The notes under the pieces are model-generated. The model searched no databases, was not told the origin of the DNA, and worked only from the letters and a program-made list of their open reading frames with translations. Made by a program: the position numbers and the translations under genes. This document shows positions 11,073-19,943 of a DNA stretch of 64,000 nt, in pieces (within the stretch, counting starts at the first letter, position 1; every line of letters begins with the position of its first letter). Source of the stretch: Botryllus schlosseri (taxonomy: Eukaryota); the NCBI GenBank assembly GCA_051294905.1, contig CM119372.1:31064001-31128000 (forward strand), in the 5' to 3' direction.

Positions 11073-13832
11073 AGTAGTGATATGGGATTCGTTTCGTGCA
11101 GGCCAATCAAATTACGCCACGTCGCCCTAATTGCCACGCCTATATGATTCCCATTGCCGCACCTAACGCGTGTTTGTGAATGTGAATTTGTTTTCAATTG
11201 ATTTATATGCGTGTTTATATCTGCAATGACGCCCATTGCAACGCCTAGATATTCTAATGTTTTGTGAATTTCAATACCGATTTTCCATGTGTATTTAGCA
11301 ATATGTATTGAATAACTTGCTTCCGAGAAATAAATAACATTCATTATACGTTAGATGATTAAATTCCGAGACTTTATAATAATTTGCTTCCGAAAAATAA
11401 ACATCATCACTAATTAATTAATATAAAATGCTATTTTGAGCGCTGCGACTTGATAATATTAATCCCTACGCTTCTGATGCATGATTTTTTTTTGTGATAA
11501 GGAGCTTGGTAACATTCAGAGTCTGCAACGATTGTTTGGATATACATTATAGCAATACCCCACTAAAGTATAGGCGGTTATATTACTCTATTGGTCAGAG
11601 ATAACTCATCCGTCCATATTTATAAACTTGGTTTTATCTGAAGTAGAATTTCAGCGTCGTTATTTGTTATAAGCCGAGAAATGTACCTTCGCACAATTTT
11701 TACAGGCGGTCTCACACACTTTGCTGCGTCTGAAGTAAAATTTCAGCGTCGTTGTTTGCTATAAGCCGGGAAATTAGAGTCGCTGCTTCGCACCATTTTA
11801 CAGGCAGTCTCACACACTTTGCTGCATCTGAGCTTCCTACTAATACATGCATAATTTTTGCATGACGAGAATAGGGTAATACGGTCAATAAACGCCGGAG
11901 GCGAGTCATTTAAACCTTGTCGCTAGATAATACCGCTTTCGGCTACAACAAAGTTGCCCTGCAACAAAAAATAGAAGCCCTAATGATCATGCAGAGGAAA
12001 GTTCAATTATACATCGAATTATTCGAATAGACTATCTACATTGTGTAAGTATGAAGTGAAATAGAACGGAGTTCACGCAAAAGTTGCTATTGATCATAGA
12101 CCTAGCTTGCTTTCAGAGCTGGAAACTAAATGCATATGGAAATTTACCTAGGTTTTCCCCACACGCATCAAATGTAGGCCTACTCAAGTGTTTATGAGGT
12201 GGCGAATAGTAGGTTGTTGGCATGCAAGGACGTCACATAGAATTGTGGAGTTTTCTGTAAACTATAATCCAGTGATCTATTTTCAATCACTATATTTTTC
12301 AATAATCTAAACTAAGTACTGTTAGTATGCAAACCCTAGGAAAGTATCCTCTGATAAAAGCAGGAGTAATTTGTTATCTGTGAAATAAATAGATGGTGCG
12401 CAATATGAGCGGTGCTGCGATGACTGACAAATACTTTGAAATAATGTATAAAAGTAGCGATTTCGAACTACGTAAAAAGTTAGTCCAGCTCACGCATTTT
12501 CCATTTTCAAAAGTCAAAATACGACATTTTTTGTAAAATGAATACTAATTTTAATAAAAAATAGGAAAAAAAGAGCGAAAAATTACATTTTATCCCGGAA
12601 CGCAACAAGAAAAATCGTATGAATTTGTAAACTACTTATTCATGACATAATATTAATTCTACTTGTACACTTTTTCACATTTTATAACACTTTTAGTAGT
12701 ACTTAACAGTTTCAGTTTTAAATAAAATTCAGAATATAAACTAATCGAAAAATTCGATAACCAATTTCGCGTAGGCTATGCATACAAATGAGGAACGTTA
12801 CATCAACGCGTGTTAACTAGTTGTATTATGTAGCTTGTAATTCATGCAAGTAAGTCGGACAAATTCGTCGCATGAACACGACTCTATGGACATAAAGAAA
12901 TGAAAATTTTGTAAAGTAGATATTTTTCGGTATGCTAAATTCGGCTACGCGGTGCTAGTCTTCTTGGCCGCATGAAATAGGATGTTTTAGCTTCAACCTC
13001 AACGCATTAGCACACCGAATTTAAATATAGGCGATAAATAATATACAGTAGCTCCAATTTTAATGAAAAAATAAAAATAAAAAAGCGCGAAAAAATGCAT
13101 TTATCCTGGAACGCACCAAGAAAAACCGTATGAATTTGTAAAGTAGTTAGAAAACTACACTATTCCGCTACACTAAAGACTTTGACAATCCGGATTTTGT
13201 ATGGTGTATACTGTATACTAATTTTACATTGCGGAGTATTCAGTAAAGTTTAATCCAGTGATTCTCCATCTATTTTCAATCACGATCCTCTTATTTGTCT
13301 AGGCTTCGAACCCCACACCCAGTACGTTTTATGGGGATTAATATTTTCAGAGTCAAGTACATGGTATCGAGACTTCATGAAACTTACTTGCAAATAGTTA
13401 CTTCTACCCTAATTTAAAAGGTTTCTCAGATATCGTTACAATGGAACTGGGTTGAGCGAGCGGTTAAGGCGTTGGACTTAAGTTTCAATGATCAGGTGTT
13501 CACGTGGGTTCGAACCCCACACCCAGTACGTTTTACGGGGATTAACATTTTAGATTCAAATATAGCGTATCGAGTACTTTTTCCCAACTGTAATAAAAAC
13601 TTTTAGACTCCGGATTTTGTGTAGTAGGCTATATACTAATTTACAATACCGCATTTGTAATTCGTGCAAGTACAGGAATATCATAGTTCTTGTAACAAAG
13701 TTGTCTGCGCACAATATATGTTAATCATAAGTCCTACACATTCATGATTTCGTCCTAGTTTGAGTTTTAGAAAATATTATACCGATATCGCGGCATCTTT
13801 TAAAAACAAAACCATGATCAATGCTTGAGAGA
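11073..13832 (+). repeat. Left 2,760-bp inverted arm
   Basis: Reverse complement of 19944-22703. Paired coordinates sum to 33776 at both ends and at the mirrored ORFs (11712..11909 / 21867..22064; 11344 / 22432), so there is no net indel. About 8 substitutions seen by eye. Confidence 0.97.
13446..13528 (+). tRNA. tRNA-Leu(TAA) gene or pseudogene in the left arm
   Basis: 83 nt. Acceptor stem ACTGGGT/ACCCAGT plus discriminator A. Anticodon arm TTGGA-CTTAAGT-TTCAA. Long variable arm. T arm GTGGG-TTCGAAC-CCCAC, then a TTTT run. D-stem mispaired (AGC/GGC), so function is uncertain. Confidence 0.85.
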
Positions 13833-14501
13833 CTAGGTTTTAGACTACTTTATCGTTACTTGACAGTTTCAGTTTTAGATAAAATTTGGTAAGACTTTAA
13901 ATTTTAAAGTAGTTTGAGCTTACGTTTGTATCACCTTGACAAGTAACATTATCAGACATTAAAATGATATTATCACCTAATACAGAAGTTAACACACGTC
14001 AATGTGCTTCGGAATTCACGAGAAATTGCTTACTAAGAGAAGTATATTCTTGTATACACAATAGTGGAGAGAATCTTTAAAATGTAGTAAGCAGGCCGAT
14101 GGGTATTCGTTGAGTTGTATAAGCATAAAAACATTCCCGCGCGTCTTAGTATTAGGTGGTAGGGTTAGAAAAAGTTTAGGTTTAGGAGCGCGCGGGAATG
14201 TTTTTATGCTTATACAACTCAACGAATACCCATCGGCCTGCTTACTACATTTTAAAGATTCTCTCCACTATTGTGTATACAAGAATATACTTCTCTTAGT
14301 AAGCAATTTCTCGTGAATTCCGAAGCACATTGACGTGTGTTAACTTCTGTATTAGGTGATAATATCATTTTAATGTCTGATAATGTTACTTGTCAAGGTG
14401 ATACAAACGTAAGCTCAAACTACTTTAAAATTTAAAGTCTTACCAAATTTTATCTAAAACTGAAACTGTCAAGTAACGATAAAGTAGTCTAAAACCTAGT
14501 C
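13831..14501. repeat. Perfect palindrome: 313-bp arms (13831-14143, 14189-14501) around a 45-bp TTAGG-rich spacer
   Basis: Arms are exact reverse complements by eye (coordinate sum 28332). Spacer is TCTTAGTATTAGGTGGTAGGGTTAGAAAAAGTTTAGGTTTAGGAG. Confidence 0.97.
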
Positions 14502-15111
14502 ACTTTTTACGTGGAGGGAGTACATAGCGAAGTACTTGTACATTTTGGAGTACTCAAGTATAGATTTGGCCTGCTTGCGCTATACTTAATGAATCATTCC
14601 TGCGCAATAAACACTTGAGTAGTTGGTGCGTGTAGACAAAAACCTACTTGAGTACTTTAAAGAAGTACATATACTTCTCTGCTTAACATCTCTGAACGGT
14701 AGAAGTGGAGATATAGTCTACAAACACATTCAGTTAGTTACTTACTTTGTAATCGCTATTGCATAAGTAAAAAGTTAGTATTCAGGGGTCTATTTTTTGT
14801 TTAATACTGAAACAGTCTTGAAGTAGAAACGATCCTATATCACAAACATTCGAGTATTTTCTGTATGTAGGGAAAACCTACTTGAGTACTCAGTACTTCT
14901 CTACTCATCGTCTCTGAACGCTAGAGGTGGAGATAGTCTACAAACATTTACTTACTCACTTTGAAATCGCTACTTGTACTTCTATTCGAGAAGAATTGCT
15001 CGACGTTGAATACCATCCGAGAGCGTTTATGATGCTACTTTTACATCATAGAATATAGAGTTAAAAAGTAAATAATTTTATGATAATCTACATCATCAAG
15101 CTGAAAAGAGG

Positions 15112-18100
15112 ATGTACCATCAATTAGTACTTACGGATCATGATGAAGTGAAAATTCCTTATGGGCTCTATCACCAAACTATGACTGCATTGGACATCAC
15201 TAATATCGCGAATTCTCTTATTCGCCAATCTCACGTGTATGAGTTAGAATTTCGTCAATGTCATCTCAATGAAAACCTCGTCCAGATTCTATTGGATAAA
15301 ATTCGCGGATTTGAATATGGGGTAAACGCCTTCGCACATTCCGCTCGTAGTCATTGATCATTATAAATTCACGTTCAATTTAAGTATATGTTATCCGTAA
15401 ATATTGAGATACAGTTTTATCGTTATCGCATTGTTCTGTATTGCTAATGTGTTAAAGGCGCAAATTGGTGGTATCGCAGCGAACAATGCCCATTTGCTAC
15501 TGGTATAGGCATTAGTCTCGATAGCCTTACTAGATAGACTATAGTCAGAGTTGATCAGTGTTAGGCTGTTCATAGATCATTTAGCGTTTTATGCGTTAAG
15601 TTTTGCGCTCGTTCAGGTCGAAATAAGAAAACTCAGCGTTACAGCACACAACGACATTGAAAAACTCATCCCATTAATCTGCGAGCTGATGAAGGAGTGT
15701 GCTTCGACGGAGCTCAATCTGCAAGAAAGTGGTGGATCCGATGATTTTCTGATTATTTTGAGTAAACTTATCCAGCACCATCAGGAATTGGTGATGGAAA
15801 AAGCTAGGCGCTAATCTAGTATAGAGCCTCTCGAAGTGATATTTCCTAATACCTCATTTCCGTAGGTGAAATTGAAAAACCTCGATCTCAGCTACAGGGA
15901 GAACATTAACTTTACGCAACTCGGGACTATTATTTCGAGCGATCTAACATATTTGTCAGTTGTGAACTCGCGCTTGCAGTCAACAGATTTCATTGCTATG
16001 CAGCTCAAAAACATTAAGGTCTGCGCGATTATTGCTGGGTACAGTTGTTAATGATCACATTCTGTATGAGCGGCTGTGTAGAGATGGATGAGGGAAATTC
16101 TAGTTTAATCTTAGCCAGTGTTGGGATCAAGTCACTACCTTCGAGTCACGAGTCATCTCGAGTCATTGCAGATTTTGACTCGAGTCAAGTCAAGTCAATC
16201 GATTTTCAAAAGTGACTCGAGTCAAGTCAAGTCACTCGTTTTTTGGAGGTGACTCGAGTCAAGTCGAGTCAAGTCAAGTCAAGTCACGAGTCAAGTCACA
16301 ATTCAAGTCAAATTGAATTTTCGATGTATGAGTGATGATTCAAAGTCATTACACTTTGCTAGCTGTGTGAAAGACAGATTAATTGATCAATGCTGATCAT
16401 TTATCTTGAATCAAATAACGAATATCTAGTTAAATATACCTGCGAAAAGACGTTGTATCACTCACGCACACGTAGAACTGTTAATAAAATACGTGAGTAA
16501 CTGTACAGTCACATGCTACAATCAGTTATTATCAGCCAAAATATAGGACATAATCAACATCTATACATCCGTGAGTAAATAAACGCCCAAACTATATTTG
16601 TTTGACTTAAATCATACATAAAGGTTGGTAAAGGTGAGCACTGCGCAACGTAAGCATTGATCCGTCTAAGAAACAGAGACACATTGATATTTAGAGTAAT
16701 CTTCTACTACTACTACTACTACTAGTACTACGACAACGCAAGCTGTGATACTTTAGTTTGCGGTCTATTTATTTGTGATCTAACAATCGAGGATCAGTGT
16801 ATCGTACGATCAGTGAATGACTGGCTGCTCTCACAAAGTGACACCGGCGTATCTCGAACAATCCGAACATACACAAGATACAGTGATTTATTCGACACCG
16901 TTTACTTGATGACTTGAAATTGACTCGTAAATTTTGCTCCGAGTCACGAGTCAATGCGCATTTTTAAAGCTTCGAGTCAAGTCAAGTCAAGTCATTTTTC
17001 CAAAGTGACTCGAGTCAAGTCAAGTCATACGAAAAAGTTGACTCGAGTCTGACTCGAGTCAAGTCAAGACTCGAGTCATCCCAACACTGATCTTAGCACA
17101 TTTAGCCTATATTATGACGTGAGTGACTAAACAACATTTTTTGCTGTTATAAGTTTGAATTTTTTATGCCTGATCATTGCTGATCGTAAATTTACAGTTT
17201 CCGATATTTTTAGCTCCAATATCTTGACATTAGTTACAATCAGCTGGATGAAGAGTGTATGATCGCGCTGCCTGCCTTACTTTGTAAAGACAAAGCGGTT
17301 ACTCTTATCATGAAAGGATGTGGCCTTACACCCGAAGAAATTCGCGCTTTTGAAAGTTTTGCTGATATCGGGGTACTTGATCGTTTCTATAGTTTTGTGG
17401 ATCATTTTGAAATAAATTGGTGGATTTATAGGTTGAAAGCCTTGATCTGAGTTACAATACCGATATGGAACCGGCGGGCTTGAAAGAAATTGGATGCTTC
17501 GTGAGAAAGCATTACACGAAAACAGTTCGACTTTCAGCTTGCGAATTGGATGAAGACTCACTAATATCGTTAAATAATGGTCTCGGAATTTATGAGGTGA
17601 TCATTTGAACTAGATCTGTTTTGTTTTCTAACTGAAATATTCAATCACAGTGTAATGCTTATGTGAGTTTTAGTCATATTCAAGCATGACATTTCATTGA
17701 TCGATAGAATTTTCATCATCAATAAAGTGTTTCTGATCACGAGCTTCATTATCTTCTTCAGTGTTGAATAAGTTTTTGCTATTAGGAGTAGAAATCGCAA
17801 AAAAAAATGCTCAACCGTCGGTAAATAATATTATGACTAATCTATTACAGCCTTCGAGCCGTTTGTAGTCTCGTAAACTATCTGAACATCACACCATGTT
17901 TTAGCTGCATTCGCTGGATTTAAGTAGAAATCCTGGCATATCATCCTGCTACAAAACAGTAACTAAAGTCCTGTGCAATTCCCGTGTGGAAGAATTTAAT
18001 CTGTGTAATTGCAAGATGCTTTCCATGCAAATCAGGAATCTGAGCGAAGAGATGGGAAAACGATGCGGTACGGTAAGATCTTTCTGCTCAATCATAGATC

Positions 18101-18364
18101 CCAATGTAGCGATGTAGTTCGTTTCTTTACTTTTAAATTGATATTAATCTCGTATTATTCAATTAACAGCTAAAGGCAATCGACCTCAGTGATAGCGATA
18201 GAACGAGAATCGATGAGAAATACGTGAATTCCATTCAGAGCTTCGTGAGATATAATCCTGAATGCCGCAAAGTCAAACTAGTCTTACCGCGCTTCAGTGG
18301 GGAAGATATGAAGACCTTGAGAAAACAACTGTTCTCACCCAGTAAGGGGATATTTTCCGAATAA
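15112..18364 (+). CDS. Spliced LRR-only protein of NLR / ribonuclease-inhibitor type, about 407 aa. Exons 15112-15321, 15617-15790, 15866-16018, 17214-17372, 17432-17596, 17905-18072, 18170-18364
   Basis: Seven GT-AG, phase-0 exons of 153-210 nt join into an open frame with LxxLDLSxN repeats (LKNLDLSYRE, LQYLDISYNQL, VESLDLSYNT, LHSLDLSRNP, LKAIDLSDSD). Stop TAA at 18362-18364. An in-frame TAA at 15073 lies upstream of the ATG, and there is no NACHT exon inside the element. Confidence 0.8.
16116..17089. mobile_element. hAT-type MITE (CAGTGTTGGGAT TIR, GACTCGAGTCAAGTCAA subterminal arrays) in intron 3 of the LRR gene
   Basis: TIR CAGTGTTGGGAT / ATCCCAACACTG. 8-bp TSD ATCTTAGC at 16108-16115 and 17090-17097. 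Confidence 0.9.
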
Positions 18365-18462
18365 ATATGTATCTAGATGAGAATTAGGAGATTTCTCCTT
18401 TACTTGATAATGCTTTGCGTGAGCGCTACGGCCTGATAAGATTATAGGTAGGTAGGCCTACA

Positions 18463-18564
18463 TATTAGCAGAAGTTAAGACATGTCAATGTAACTTTATT
18501 AGCAGAAGTTAAGACATGTCAATGTAACTTTATTAGCAGAAGTTAAGACATGTCAATGTAACTT
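18463..18564. repeat. Tandem repeat, 3 x 34 bp (TATTAGCAGAAGTTAAGACATGTCAATGTAACTT)
   Basis: Identical units start at 18463, 18497 and 18531, with no spacers. Lies between the convergent 3' ends of the two cargo genes. Confidence 0.95.
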
Positions 18565-19007
18565 TCCGCATTTCTGTCTATATCGATTCGGAATCCACCA
18601 GAAATTGGTTACTATGTGAGCGAAGTATTCTTGCAAAGCAACAGCACAGGCAAATTTATATTTGTTCGGTATAGACAATATTATAGAATATGATATTTCC
18701 ATTTGGAGAGAAGACGAAATTTGATGTCGTAATGTAGGTTATTTTACACTATCGTAAATCTCTGTCGCTATAATGCTCGTAATCGAATCAAATTTGACCT
18801 GCAACGTATTCTGGGTAACCCTAACAAATTACTTACGTAGCTGTAGAAATTTGAAAAATTAAAAGTATAAAGAAGGTTTCCATATGGGGCAATCCTTCGA
18901 GTATTCTCAGAAGAAACTGTATAGATCTTACAGTAAAATGGATGCGATTAAACGATGAAGGATTTTATTCTTAAAATATTACATGAGACAAAACATGCGA
19001 ACATCCA

Positions 19008-19792
19008 TTATCTTGATAATGCCATTGCAATAGATTTCAGTCCGATTCCGACAAACACGAGTCCCTTCCAAACTTTATTGTAGTCGAAAGCGGTATTATC
19101 AAAGAATTCTACAAAGCCGTCCTGCAATAAAAATAGAAGCCTTAATGATCATACGGAGGAAAGTTATCGTGTCGTAGAATATAAATTGGGAACCGAATTA
19201 GAAGGTAAAGCTGAATTTCATCATCGAGAGGTGATATGGGCTCTGGAGAGCAGATACACTATATGTCTCATGCTAAAGATAATTTGTAAATCCTAAGCAA
19301 GGCATGTAAATCACCTACCCATCCTCCATTTCGCACTATCCACTTTCGTCTTTTGCTAGCAATGTAATTCCCAACTGTCTGTATGATAGCTTCTATATGC
19401 TCCCCGCGATGTTCAACATCGTTCTTGCGAGCAAGAATGCTACCGAGCACAAAAAGGGAGACAATCCTTCCCCAATTTTCTTTGGTATCTTTGAAAATTT
19501 CATCAGCTATCATCAGGAACATTCGCTCATCGGGTAAATATTCTTTATATTTTTTATTGACTTCAACATCACTACAGCGGAGACGTTTGGAGACTGCGTT
19601 TAGGACTGTTCGATATCGCTCGAACATTTCATCCCCAACTTGACGTAAGGTTCTCTCTGCTTTCGTATTTACCTTAACGCATGAGCCGTCGAGTTCGTAC
19701 ATGATAAAATTCCTGGTCAAGGAATATGCTTCGGATATAATTTCATCCTTTTCTTCAGTGATCGAAGGTGCTGATACTCGTGATAATTCCAT
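19008..19792 (-). CDS. Bcl-2 family apoptosis regulator, 195 aa. Exons 19792-19319 and 19121-19008
   Basis: BH4-like LTRNFIMYEL, BH3 LRQVGDEM, BH1 EIFKDTKENWGRIVSLFVLG. BH2 WIVRNGGW|DGFVEFF is split by a 197-bp phase-0 GT-AG intron at the family-conserved position after GGW. Hydrophobic tail VWKGLVFVGIGLKSIAMALSR*. No stops or frameshifts. Confidence 0.93.
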
Positions 19793-19943
19793 GGTTTGAG
19801 GAGAATAGCGAGTCAAAGCTTATTTCGAGATCTAAGCTACTTTGAAAATGAGGATCCTAGGATTTGCTTAATTTTCATCTATATCGTACAATGCGTTTTC
19901 GCGTTCCAGAATGACTTATGTCAATGAAAAATAGCAAAAATGA

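Noticed and set aside
11039..11909. Mirrored ORFs 11039..11344, 11712..11909, 21867..22064 and 22432..22761 as duplicated genes
   Set aside because: They are identical only because they lie in the inverted arms. No domain similarity, and the longer pair runs across the element boundary.
14144..14188. Spacer as a true telomere or telomere-healing site
   Set aside because: Only degenerate TTAGG-like units. Similar skewed tracts occur at about 41725-41745, 44980-45215 and 61770-61805, as in common small repeats.
14016..14316. Two 68-aa ORFs on opposite strands
   Set aside because: By-products of the palindrome, with non-ATG starts and no recognisable protein features.
16141..16320. GAGTCAAGTCAA arrays as a regulatory or iteron array
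   Set aside because: Explained as subterminal repeats of a MITE family with TIRs and TSDs, present in several copies.
18463..18564. 34-bp repeats as a CRISPR array
   Set aside because: Units are head-to-tail with no spacers, there are no cas genes, and the context is eukaryotic.
19268..19318. C-terminus VGDLHALLRIYKLSLA of the 182-aa ORF
   Set aside because: Intron read-through. Splicing at GGW|GT to 19121 restores BH2 (DGFVEFF) and the hydrophobic tail.
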